Shown: one piece after another, positions 1 to 11,632 of the stretch
Layout of the letters: the number at the start of each line of letters is the position of its first letter
Position numbering within the stretch: the first letter of the stretch is position 1
Source: Mobula birostris
Lineage: Eukaryota
NCBI RefSeq assembly: GCF_030028105.1
Contig: NC_092386.1
Span: forward strand, 43,206,347-43,270,346
DNA: 64,000 bases
Direction: 5' to 3'
Position numbers and translations under genes: made by a program
Notes under the pieces: model-generated
Told to the model about the DNA's origin: nothing
What the model saw: only the letters and a program-made list of their open reading frames with translations
Databases searched by the model: none

Positions 1-1383
1 GGATTGTTTTTGCCTTTTTTTAATGTGTTCTTAATGCCTACTGTGTCTTTCCACGCTGCATTAGGTCTGGAAACTCAATTATTTCATTCTCCTTTACACT
101 TAATGTGCTGAAGAATGACAGCAAACAATCTTGAACCTTGAAAGAGTTCGTATTAAACTGATTAAATTTCCCCTTTGGTCTACTTATCCTAATCAAGTAC
201 AGAAGGGGAGACTGCTCCATAGTTCTGACCTGCTCATGTATACTCTGGTGTTACTGGCTTCAGCATTGCTGAGCAGTGTTGAGCATGGTTCTCACAGCGA
301 CGGGACATGGCAAAGGTTCATAAACACTTCACTTGCTCCATCAAACAGAAATGTGTTGGCTTCGTGTCAGGTGGAGCACCACGCTTCTCTTACAACCCCT
401 TTCCCACAACCCCTATCCCCCATAGAAAACTGGTATGTTCACTGGAGAAACATTAACAGAAGATTGCAACATAATGGGGTGTGAACTGCTCTCTAATTTC
501 TACTCATGCTGATTGATAATCTTATTGAGTTATAAGGCACTGGGGTGCAATTCACAATTATGGTAATAGTAGGTAGTTTTGATATTTGGCCTCTATCAAC
601 AACTGCACAAATTTTTATGTGAGCGATTTAACGATTTAAATTATGGGGAGTATTTCAAAACAGATTGCTAGGTTTACTCTAGACAAAAGAAGGGAAACCG
701 GAAAACGACATAGTGATGTTTCCAATAGCAACGGTGAGGCAGATCTGGACAAACTGTTTTGGCAGAATAACAACTCCTTCAATCTGTTGGTTACAATGTT
801 CTGTGGTTCTCAGGCACAGCAAGTTCTTCACAAGCTGGCATTGTCCTCCGACACTTCGACAGAACGGCCTCCTTAATGATGGCTTTTTCACATCTCTGCA
901 GGTTCATTAGATGGACAAGATCAAAGGAAGGAAACGCTGCCATGGTCTAACTCACCCATCATTTATAATAAGTGCGCTTACTGTGGCCAATAACAACGAG
1001 AGTCATTACACCAGCACAGTTATAAAGAAGTGCACAGCCTGGCTCGTATTCTCTTGAAAGAAATTGCATGAGTATGAAGGAATATGAAGTGCACTATAGG
1101 CATTAGCATTTTCCAAACTGAGCACATGACTTGGAGTAAAAATTGTCTTGGATAGCAGGATGAATGAGTGTGAAGCCATTGGCCACCCATCTGCCTTATT
1201 ATCAAAATAGTTTTCTTCTTGTTATCAGTTAATTTGCCAAAAACCCTGTGACAACATACATACCTTCTGAATCAGACTTCTGTCTCCCTGACACTCTCAC
1301 TTCTCTGTTACTGTCAGTCCTAAACATAAGCCAGACCACCAGCTACTTCAACCTGATGCAAAGAAATGGATGGAGTTATTAAA

Positions 1384-1483
1384 CAAAAACAGGAAGTGCT
1401 GGAAACGCTCAGCTGGTCAGGCAGCACTTAGGTGAGAGAAAACAACTCAACATTTCAGGTCAATGATCCTTTGTCAGAACTAG
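1384..1483 (-). mobile_element. Old Penelope-like pseudo-LTR (pLTR) fragment with decayed hammerhead motif
   Basis: Reverse complement reads ttCTGACAAaggatcattgacctGAAAtgttgag...tgctgcctgaccagctgagcgtttccagcact, homologous to the younger HHR-bearing elements at 39.8/44.8/46.6/53.4/63.7 kb. Confidence 0.6.
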
Positions 1484-1675
1484 AAGCTGGATGAACCAAG
1501 TGTGTCCTAAATTGAGTGGAGGTGGCAGGGTTTGGTGGGTAGGAGGAGGGGTTAGGAAGATTATTTTAGGAGGAGAGATCTAACCAAGGGTATCCAGAAG
1601 ACATGTCTTGGTGTTGTCTAATTTATGGATGCAAAAGTTTAGTTAAATTTACCTGCTGGAATTGTGAGATTATTA

Positions 1676-1941
1676 TTTAATTATTTATGGAGATACTGTG
1701 TGGAATACGCCCTTCTGGCCCCATGCGTCACGCTGCCCAGCAACCCCCAATTTAACCATAGCCTAATCATGGAAAAATTTACAACGACCATTAACCTACT
1801 AATCGGACTGTCTCGGCACTGTGGGAGGAAACTGGAGCATCTGGAGGAACTACACGCAACCACGGGAAGAACGTACAGTCTCCTTACAGGCAGTGGTGGG
1901 AATTGAACCAGGTCACCAGTACTGTAATGCACTATGCCACC
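1676..1941 (-). mobile_element. tRNA-derived SINE (HE1/V-SINE-like)
   Basis: Pol III B-box GGTTCAATTCC on minus strand (1899-1909); V-SINE-like core (ggaggaaactggagcatctggaggaactacacgcaaccacgggaagaacgtaca); CR1/HER1-like 3' tail. Confidence 0.75.
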
Positions 1942-2175
1942 AAGAACAGCAGCTGCTAGAAATCTGAAGCAAAAAAAAAATCCTGGAAACACGCAACAGA
2001 CACAACAGATCAGGCAACGAGTGTGGAGAAAAAAAAAACTGAGTTACATGTGAATAATTTCACATGCGAAATGACCAGTCCTGACAAAATCAGGATATCC
2101 TAATTGTATGACAAGTGTTGAATTCATTACTGAGTCCTGAACGAAATCAGAGAATAAGGTATTGTTTCAGGGTGA

Positions 2176-2201
2176 AGATAGATAGATAGATAGATAGATA
2201 T
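2176..2201. repeat. (GATA)n microsatellite, tail of Rex1 element
   Basis: agatagatagatagatagatagata directly abuts the element 3' end. Confidence 0.9.
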
Positions 2202-2696
2202 ACTTTATTGATCCCGAGGGAAATTGGGTTTCGTTACAGCCACACCAACCAAGAATAGAGCATAAATATAGCAATACAAAAACCACAAAGAATCAAACAA
2301 CAAATTGCAACTATGCCAGATGGAAAATAAGTCCAGGACCAGTCTATTGGCTCTACACGGGAGGAGCTGCAAGTTCGATGGCCACAGGCAGGAACGACCT
2401 CCCGTGCCGCCCAGTGTTGTATCTCAGTGGAATATGGCCAAAGTCCAACAGTAAGAAGTTCAATATCCGGTCTACAAACACATTCCTCGATCGTAATATG
2501 ATCCGGATTGCACCATCTATTGTTAACCAGAACAGTAAGCACTCAACTCCTTTACGCTTACCGCCCTCAGTGCACTTCCGGTCAGCCCGAATGGCCTGGA
2601 AGCCATCCATGGAAAAGCTTTGATCGGGTATGTCCTCATGCAACACCGTTCCAGTGAAATACATAACATTGCACTCCCGAAATGTTCTCTGAACGT
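2176..2696 (-). mobile_element. Internally deleted Rex1/Babar-type LINE (APE endonuclease fragment fused to 3' end)
   Basis: APE peptides ECNVMYFTGTVLHEDIPD..DGFQAIRADR and VLVNNRWCNPDHIT..DIELLTVGLWPY joined near 2433 to the terminal PLRYNTGRHGRSFLPVAIEL; 3' end matches the Rex1 copy at 56480; (GATA)n tail. Confidence 0.8.
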
Positions 2697-3121
2697 GGGG
2701 CTTTGTTGGAATAATGGAGGAAGACAAGAGCAGAGATGTCAACATAGTGATGGGATGGAGAATTAGAGAGGCAGGCGAATGATACTCTGAGGACATCCTT
2801 ACAGTCTGAACACAAATGCTCCACAAGGTGGTCACCCAATATGCATATGGTTTCCCCATTCTAGAGCTGACCACGTCATGGGCAATGAGTCGAAGACACT
2901 GGATTGGAAAGAGGGAAGGGAAATTGCTGCTTCACAGTGAAGGAGTGGTTGACACCCTGGAAGCGGAAAAGGGTGGGAGTTGCATTTCGAGCATGAGAAG
3001 GAGAACATTTGGTGCTGGTGGAAGAATAGACCAAGCATCCTAGCAGAAAACAAGATATGGCAAGTAATTCGGTGAGTAGTTGAATGTTCATGTCTATCGC
3101 TATAGTCTCTGTACACAAAAC

Positions 3122-3678
3122 TAGGGAGGTTATGATTCAACGATACAGGACATAGGTGAGACCACCCTGGAATTCTATGCATAATATTGTTCACTAACTA
3201 ATGAAAGAAGTCAATGTTTTGAAAGCAGTTTGGAGAAAGCTTACTGAATGATTTGTTACTTAAATGAGGAATGGAAGTCACTAGAATTTAATAGAGGAGC
3301 CTTGATTGAAAGATATGGCATCCTTGGGGATCTCAACGGTGTAGGTGTAGAGAGGATATTTCATCCTTAGAGAGAATCTGGAATGAGTGTTACTATATAA
3401 GAATAAGGAATTGTTCCTTTAAGACAAAGATGAGATGGGTTTTTTTTTTCTCTCAGAATGTTGTGAATTTTTGAAAGTCTCTTTCCAAAATGCTGCTGGG
3501 AAAAGAGTCTGATTATTTTTAAGGCAGAGATTGATTAATACTGCTCAAGCAAGGAGTAAAAGGCGACTGCAAACAGATGGGAATGCTGGTTACAGTCAGC
3601 TCAGCCTTGATCATATTAAACAGCAGAGTCAATTTGAGGGGCAGGTTAACCTGCTCCTAATCCATGTGATCATGTGTT
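3122..3678 (+). mobile_element. Old CR1 LINE 3' fragment
   Basis: Degenerate homology to the RT C-terminus and 3' UTR of the CR1 copies elsewhere in the window (gtgagaccaccctggaat..., cagccttgatcatattaaa...ctgctcct). Confidence 0.65.
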
Positions 3679-5789
3679 TTGTTTAGTGAAGTAGATATCA
3701 GTCAATAAGGCAGCAAAAGGATGTGTGACAGAGGGATACAAGTCTGGAAGAACACTACATGGGTTTCCTCTGATTGACAGGTTGTTGGTGGAGGAGAATT
3801 TCTTGCTGTCTATATGACTCTAGTACTATCTTCCTGAGTTTACAGGTTTAAAATGGTGGAGCTGCTGTGGATGAAAAGAAGGGAAAATAGATGCTCATAA
3901 TAGATTAATAGCAGTTTATTGAAGGAGCATAAACATAGTGAGTTCCCAAACTTCTCACACGTAGTAGCAAGCAGAACATTGTGCTTGTCTGTTGCCTCAC
4001 AACAAGGGAGACTTTCCCTCAATTTCTTGACACCAATACGATGCACTTTAACTGTAGCATTGACCAAAGAGTTGCATAACCCTTTTTCCAGAGGTGAAAG
4101 TGGATTAATTGGAGATGCCTGATTGGCAGCCTGCCTGTAGAAAATATTGTACTCCAATTTACTCTGAAGGAAACAGGGCTGGAACTTGAGGGATATATGT
4201 ATAAATGTTCGGGTACTGCTAAAATGAATGGAAAGATCTTTTAGAGCTGTGCATGTAAATAATTTTTGCACAATAGATGATCAACCACAATACGAGAGGT
4301 TTTATGTAGCCCATCAATGGAAAGTGAAGGGTTAACCGAGCAAATTCTGCTTCAAGAGAATGAGGAATCTTTTGGTTACCAGGGAGAGGAAGGAAGAAAA
4401 TGGAAAGGCATGCAGCATGTTATTTAACTGAGCTAACTTATCCAGCTTATCCAGATCTGTAATGCTGGGGCTCAGAGAATTGTTATTCGCTGTCAGTACC
4501 CTAGTGACTTGGTAGCCATCCCCTAAACCTACTGGAATTTTTGTTTAAAGAACTTGTGGTTGTTTGATGGAAACCTTAGACCCTGACTGTCACACGAGAT
4601 GAACTCCATTACAATAACTGAAGACAAAGCCAGGCTTACTTACTTTTTAAAAGCATGTCAACATCAATAAAATGACTTATAATGATATTATATACTTATT
4701 AAAATATTTTGACTTTTATCTTAGCTATTATTTAATGTACCAGAAGTCCTCTCTGCACTGACTTACTGATAAAAATTTATACTCCCTTGTGCAATATTTA
4801 CAAGTCTATCAAAAATGACAGAATAGTGCTTCTGTGAGTACTGTGCAAACATTAACTATTTTTTCAGCTTCTTCCTAGACACAGCTGGGTAATTGGAATG
4901 GAGACGGGTCTTCATTTCTGTTCTTAAGTTGAACCAGCAATGCAGGATGACAAAAATCAGAGTTCAGCATGTAACTGTTATGCTCATCTAAAGTATGGCT
5001 GCTGCTTCTCACTGGCAGCTCCAAGGACTCACCGAAACAGGTGATTACCCAACAGCCAATGTAAACTACATCCAGTCTTGCAACTAATGCAAAATTGTTC
5101 CTGCAATCAGTGAGAACTACCAGCTACAAACAGTACTCATAAAATTACCTAACTGCTGGTGTGCAAAAGAAACCGAAAAGGTAGGTTTCTCGAACAATGC
5201 TGTACAGTTTTAACTGTTCCACAGCTCTACCTACCTCCATCTGTTCTACTTTCACCAGGATCTGAGTTGGAGGAATATATCCTGAGCCCCTCTCAGTCCA
5301 CTGACCTGTGTCCATACGTGCAGCACCTCCAATGCCACCTTAATAAGTTTGTAGCATAAAATTCAATAGAGCTGGAAAACTGTGCGTCAGTCATGCTTGT
5401 CCGATTCCCACCAACTGAAACAAAAGCCATTTGTACGTTCTACACTTGGAACAAGCAACCCAATGGATATGATAGCAATCTGGTGAAAGGAATTGAATAA
5501 AATAAAGTATTAGCTATGTGAAATGGTTCTACTCGGTTTAATTGTATTGTAGAAAACATCCAGTAGAACTGTTACAGCCTTTGTTGCTGCAAACCTGGCA
5601 TGTCACTGTGAAAGCATTCTGTAAATCCATAGCACTGAGGGTGAAATAGCTCTGCCTAGAAGACTTTACTAGCAGGAAAGACAAAATGTATCATGAGTTA
5701 GAGCTTATTGGCTTAAATATTTCCTCACTGTATGATGATACTGGAATGATAAATAAGCATACTGATAAAAAATGAAATCGTTTTTATAT

Positions 5790-5922
5790 TTATGGATGAA
5801 AGAAAAATGGAAGGTTATGGGCTGAGCAAGAGGGAGGGGTTAAATTGATTGTGGAGAAGGTTAAAAGGTTGGCGCAAGATAGAGGACCGAAGAGTCCATA
5901 CTGTGCCTTACCATTCTATATC
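5790..5922 (+). mobile_element. CR1/HER1 3' UTR fragment
   Basis: Matches the 3' tails at 21085-21190 and 39030-39150. Confidence 0.6.
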
Positions 5923-6107
5923 ATGGGCAGTACAATTGTACAGGAAAAATCGGTACTGTAAAGTTAGCTTTAATCCTCAAGGAGCAACAAGATGAAAACT
6001 GCTCCTTTGTGATAGAATTGTTAGAGCTCAATCATCATTCCTTTCAACCTAACACCATGGAAGCCACAGACTATTACAGAATCATGGTTGCCTACAGAAC
6101 TCTTGGC

Positions 6108-6572
6108 TTAAACTAGTTTGGCAGAGGGATGGAAACCAGGGCATCCCATCAGAAAGTGGAGGGACAGAGGGGAGGATAGATGTGAGGGCCAGTAAAGACA
6201 GGCAGAAGCAAAGTTATAGATGTGGTGGGACTGATAGTTTGAAGTGTGTGTATCTTAATGCTAGGAGTATTATAAGTAACGGTGACAAACTTAGAGCATG
6301 GATCAGAACATGCAACTATGATATTGTGGTCATTACAGAGGCTTGGTTGAGAGAGAGAGATGGGAATGAGTACTTAGTTTCCCAAGGTTTAGATGTTTTA
6401 AAAAAGATAGAGAGGTAGGTAAAAGAGGTAGGGGAATTGCACTACTAATCAGGGAAAATATCACAGCTGCGCTCAAAGGGACTGAGTCTGTATGGGTAGA
6501 ATTCAAAACTAGGAAGGGCGCAATCACTCTGACGGAATTTTACTATGAAGCACCCCCGCAACAGTCACTGGA
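6108..6572 (+). mobile_element. CR1 ORF2 5' fragment (APE endonuclease start)
   Basis: LKCVYLNARSI...YDIVVITEAWL APE motifs. Confidence 0.8.
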
Positions 6573-7235
6573 TGTCAGGTCTGTATAGGGTGGCACCTTC
6601 CAGTCCCACCCGGCTAGCAGGAGTACTTATTTCCAAATCATCATCTGCAGCCCTTTTAAACCCACCTTTCATCCACAGTCCATGTTCCTTCGTATGAAGC
6701 AGCCAGCCTCAACCATTTGCTCCTGGCCTTCAGTTGTCTTGTTGCTTTGTTGTGTTAAGTACCCATTCCCTCTTGCTTTAAGGCCCCTCGTGGCTTGTTA
6801 TTATGCAGTTTACTATTACAGCACACTGCTTAATCATCTCTGCTGCTCTGCATTTGGGTCAAGCCTACGTTTCCTGACAGGATGAGTGAGCCAATGACTG
6901 ACCCAGCAGAGTATTCTCCCCTGATGTAGGTTGTCTGTCAACAAGAGCACATGATCCCAAAGCAGCAGGAAACCATTGAGCATCTACTCGCCACTCTCAA
7001 CCCACTCTGTGTCTCTCGCCACTCTCAACCGCGAAGAGATGAGGAACTTCTTGGCCTCATCAAACTCCCACAGGAGTACCACGACTTAGCCATCACCTTC
7101 AGCAAAATAGAAGCCAGCAAGCCGCCACCTCACAGACCACACGACTGCGCAACTGACCTCCTCCAAGGCACCACCCCTCCCCAAGGTCATCTGTTCTCCC
7201 TCTCCCTTCCTGAGACCTAAACCGTGAATGACTAT
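6573..7235 (+). mobile_element. Truncated, internally deleted Ty3/Gypsy (Sushi/chromovirus-like) element with one LTR
   Basis: LTR 6573-6879 with TGTCAGG...CCTGACA termini; gag-like start (atgactgacccagca); pre-RT motif PQEYHDLAITFSK..PPHRPHDCATDLLQGTTPPQGHLFSLS. Confidence 0.75.
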
Positions 7236-7320
7236 TAGATTAGAGTAGGTTATGAAGACACGCAGTCCTCTTTTATTGTCATTTAGTAATGCATGCATTA
7301 AGAAATGATACAATATTGTA
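7235..7320 (-). mobile_element. 3' tail fragment of the element family seen at 29010-29685
   Basis: Reverse complement matches 29600-29685 (tgtatcatttcttaatgcatg...aaatgacaataaaagaggactg). Confidence 0.75.
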
Positions 7321-7589
7321 TATAGTCCAACAAGAGGAGGGGCTGTACTGGGCAAGTGACCAACCTCTCAGTGGGTGTGCAGTGAGCAAACAGTAACCGC
7401 AGCTCCTTAAGTTTTAAGATGGCTATACTGTAGACAGGATAAGTATGGACCTTGTGGGAGAGTTTTAAATTGGAGCAGAGCAAATTACCAGAGTATTAAG
7501 CAGTAGAGAGTAGGGAGAGTTAATTGGAAGCAGCTGTTTTTCGGCAATTCCACGTCTGACGTGGAGGGTGTTTAAACTGCAACTGTACA

Positions 7590-7943
7590 AAGTACAGGAC
7601 AAGCACAGTATGTTCCAGTCAGGAGGAAGGACAAGGATGGCAAGGTAAGAGAGCCTTCGATGTCGAGAGAGCTGATGAATTTAGTCTAGAAGAAAAAGGA
7701 AAAGTATGTAGAGATTCAGAAGCTACAATCGAACAGAGTGCTTGAGAATTATAAAGAAGCCAGGAAAGAACTCAAGAGGGAATTAGGAATGCCAGAAGGG
7801 GGCATGAAAAGTCCTTGGCAAGTAGGATTAAAGAACATCCCAAGGCATTCTATACATACATCAAGAGCAAGAGGATAAAAGGGGCGAGGATAGAACTATT
7901 CAAGGATAAAAAGACAGAACATCTACTTGGATGTGGAGGATGT
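7590..7943 (+). mobile_element. CR1 ORF2 internal fragment
   Basis: LASRIKEHPKAFYTYIKSKR motif of the CR1 EN-RT linker. Confidence 0.75.
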
Positions 7944-10900
7944 GGAGAATTAGGCCATTTGACCCATTGGGTCTGTTCCACCATTTTATCATGGTTGATA
8001 CAATTTTCCTCTCAGCCCCAATCTCCTGCCTTTTCCCCATTTCCCTTCATGCCTTGACCAATGAAGAATCTACCAACTTCTGCCTTAAATACACATAAAG
8101 ACTGGGCCTCCACAGCTGCCTGTGGCAAAGAGTTCCACAGATCCACCACTTAATGGGTAAAGAAATTCCTCCTCATCTCCATTCTAAAAGGATGCTCATA
8201 TCTTCTGAGGCTGTGTCCTCTGGTCTTAAACAATCCCACCGTAGGGAACATCCTCTCCACATTCACTCTTTCAAGTCCTTTCACCATTCAACAGGTTTCA
8301 ATGTGGTCACCCCTCCATCTTCTGATTTCTGGTGCATATAGGCCCAGAGCCATCAAACACTCTTTGTATGACATGTCATTTAATACTGGAATTATTTTAA
8401 TGAGCCTCTGTTGAACCCTCTCTCAGTTTCAGCACATTCTTTCTAAGATAACAGGACCAAAACTGCTCACAATACTCCAAGTGAGACCTTACCAGTGTTT
8501 TATAAAGTCTCAACATTACATCCTTGCTTTTATATTCTAGTCCTCCTGAAATTAATGCGAATATTACATTTGCCTTTCTCACTACAGACTCAATCTGAAA
8601 ATTAATCTCAAGGACTCCCAAGACCCTTTGCACTTCAGATTTTTGAATTTTCTCTCCATTCAGATAATAGTCTACCCTTTCATTTCTTCTACCAAAGACC
8701 ATGATCATACATTTCCTGACATTGTATTCCATCTGCAATTCATTTGTCCATTCTCCTAATCTGTAGCCTCCCTACTTCCTCAAAACTACCTGCCCTCCAC
8801 CAATCTTCATATCACCTACAAGCTTTACAACAAAGCTGTCTGTTCCATCGTCCAAATCATTGACATATAATGTAATAGGAATCGGTCCCAAAACAGACCC
8901 CTGTGGAACACCACTGGTAGCCAACCAGAGAAGGCTTCCTTTACTCCCACTCTTTACCTCCTGCCAATCACCCACTGCTTTATCCTTGCAAGAATCTTTC
9001 CTGTAATACCACAGGCTCATAGCTTGCTAAGCAGCCTCAAGTGCAGCAATTTGTCAAAGGTCTTCTGAAAATCCAAGTACACAACATTAATTGATTCTCC
9101 TTTGTCTATCCTGCTTGTTATTTCTTCAAATAATTCAAACAGATTTATCAAGCAAGATTTTCCTTTCAGGAAATCATGCCAACTATGGCCAATTTTATTA
9201 TGTGCCTTCAAGTACCCTCAGACCTCATCCTTAATAATTGACTCCAACATCTTCCTAACCACTGAGGTTAAACTAATTAGCCTATAGTTTCCTTTCTTCT
9301 GCCTCACTCCCTGTTTGAAGAGTGGAGCGGCATTTGCAATTTTTCAGTCTTCTGGAACCATTCCAGAATCCAGTGATTCTTGAAAGATCATTACTAATGC
9401 CTCCACAATCTCTTCAACCACTACTTTCAGAACCCTGGAGTGTACACAATCTGGTCCAGATTTCTTATTTCAGAACTTTCAGTTTTCCAAGAACCTTCTC
9501 TCTAGTCATGGTGACTTCACACTCTTCATGACCCCTGGAACTTCCACCATCCTGCTAGTGTCTTCCACAGTGAAGACTGATGCAAAATATTTATTCATTT
9601 CATCTGCCATTTCCTTCTCCCACATTACTACCTCTCCAGAATCATTTTCCAGTAATTCAATATCCAGTCTTGCCTCTCTTTTACACTTTATGTATCTGAA
9701 GAAATTTTTGGTTTCCTCTTTAATATTATTGCCTAGCTTACTCTTGTATTCCATCTTTACCTTCTGAATGACTTTTTTTTAGTTGCCTTCTTTTGGTTTT
9801 TAAAAGCTTCCCAGTCCTCTAACCTCCCACTAATTTTTACTCTGTGGCTTTGTTTCCCTCGTTAGCCACAGTTGTATAATCTTGCTTTTAGAATACTTCT
9901 TCCTCTTTGGGATGTATATATCCTGTGCCTTCCAAATTGCTTCCAGAAATTCCAGCTGTTGCTGCTCTGCTGTCATCTGTGCCAGTGTTATTTTTGAAAC
10001 AATTCTGGCCAGCTCCTCTCTCATGCCTCTGTAATTCCCTTTACTCCACTGTAATACTGATACATCTGACTTTAGCTCCTACTCAAATTTCAGGGTGAAT
10101 TCGATCATACTATGATCACTTGCTCCTGTGCGTTCTTTTACCTTCTCTAATTAATTCCGGTTCATTGCACAACACCCAATCCAGAATTGCTGATCCCCTA
10201 GTGGGCTCAACCATGAGCTGCTCTAAAAGGCCATCACGTAGCCATACTAGAAATTGCTTTAGAATCCAGCACCATCTTGATTTTTCCCAATCTACCTGCA
10301 TATTAAAGTCCCCCATGACTATTGTATCATTGTCCTTCTGGTACGCATTTTCTATCTACCGTTGTAATTTGTAGACCACATCCTTACTACTGTTTGGGAG
10401 TCTGTATACAGTTCCCATCAAGGTCTTTTTACCCTTGCTGTTCCTTTGCTCTATCCACACTGATTCAACATCTTCTAACCCTATGTCACCTCTTTCTAAT
10501 GATTTGATTTCATTTTTTACCAACAGATCAATGCCGCCCCCTTTGCCTTCCTTCCTGTTCTTTCAATACAATGCATATCCTTGTACATTAAGCTCCCAGC
10601 TATAACCTTCTCTCAGCCATGTTTCAGTGATGCCTACAACATTATACATGCCAATTTGTAACTATGCCACGAGTTCATCTACCTTAATCCATATACTGCA
10701 CAGATTCAAATATAACTCCTTCAGTCCTGTATTCACCCTTCTTGATTTTGACCGCCTTTTATGTTGTAGCTCATCCTGTTGATTGCAATTTTGCCCTATC
10801 AAAAGCCTCTCCTCATTATACATTGCCTCTGATTATAAACCAGCTACCTCTTCCTCAGTCCCATCACTCTGGTTCCCATCTTCCTGCCAAATTAGTTTAA

Positions 10901-11000
10901 ACTCTCCCGAACAAATCGAGCCGACTTGTCCACAAGAATATTGGATCCTCTCAGGTTCAGGTGTAACACGTCCCTTTTGTATTGGTTATACCTTGCCCAG
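7944..11000 (-). mobile_element. Near full-length ORF2 CR1 LINE, frameshifted
   Basis: Colinear minus-strand peptides: MGDFN (APE), KNFFRYIK, VVYLDFQKTFDK, SGVPQGSVLGP, LYKTLVRSHLEYC; CR1 3' UTR at 7944-8100. Confidence 0.9.
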
Positions 11001-11125
11001 TAGAGTTGTGGATGTTGTCTACATGGATTTTAGTGAGGCGTTTGACAAGGTCCGTCATTGGGGGGCTCATCCAGAAGATTAAGTTACATGGTAAACTAGC
11101 TATTTGGATTCAGAATTGAAATGGT
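11001..11125 (+). mobile_element. CR1 RT fragment (probable continuation of the plus-strand host CR1)
   Basis: VDVVYMDFSEAFDKV. Confidence 0.7.
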
Positions 11126-11129
11126 GTGT

Positions 11130-11505
11130 CTTTCACCTCTGGCCCCAACACCCTAAACTTTTCAATCTGGACCGGCACTGAAATCATCCAAACCTCAAGC
11201 CGTTCCTCATTCTCAGACCCCGGGCCTGCTGCTTCAATACACTCTTGGGCCCGGGCCTGACCTTTCCAATTCAGCCCAGGCGTAAATCGATGAAACCTCA
11301 TGTCTTTCTTCACTCTCGGCCCAGGCGTAAATCGATGAAACCTCATGTCTTTCTTTGCTCTCGGCCCAGGCCCAGAGACCGCTGCCTTGATTCTGCACAC
11401 CAAATCGCCTCCATGTCCACTCCAGCAATGGCCAAACATTGGCTCATTTCCCGCTCTCATGCCTGGGCCAAGCTGCCTTGATTTGGCCCATACTCGCCAT
11501 GACGC
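11130..11505 (-). mobile_element. GC-rich repeat, probable 5' region of a non-autonomous retroelement
   Basis: GC-rich block starting atggcg on the minus strand, similar in character to the 5' end at 29017; contains a 45-bp tandem duplication. Confidence 0.4.
11274..11370. repeat. 45-bp tandem duplication (2.15 copies)
   Basis: gcccaggcgtaaatcgatgaaacctcatgtctttcttcactctcg repeated with 2 mismatches. Confidence 0.95.
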
Positions 11506-11632
11506 AACTATCTTACACATTCAAGAGGGAGCAAAGTAGGGGACCAGATTTCTGAATGGTCCGTGAACTCGTGTACAATACCTCAATATCCCTCTTTGAA
11601 ACTATGCATTTAATTTATTTTTTTATTGCAAC

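Larger units (their letters stand above)
1943..3050 (-). mobile_element. Decayed Penelope-like (Neptune-type) element: GIY-YIG endonuclease remnant plus 3' pLTR/tail, split by a Rex1 insertion
   Basis: One minus frame reads QGVNHSFTVKQQFPFPLSNPVSSTHCP*RGQL*NGETICILGDHLVEHL...FACLSNSPSH (decayed VIY-C-C-LYIGET-LGDRF-EHL). It resumes beyond the insertion as LKQYLIL*..GLSNEFN (2105-2175) and is followed by a pLTR-like tail (1943-2090). Confidence 0.7.

Noticed and set aside
131-484. 117-aa ORF as a host gene
   Set aside because: Non-ATG start, no recognisable domain, no convincing splice context
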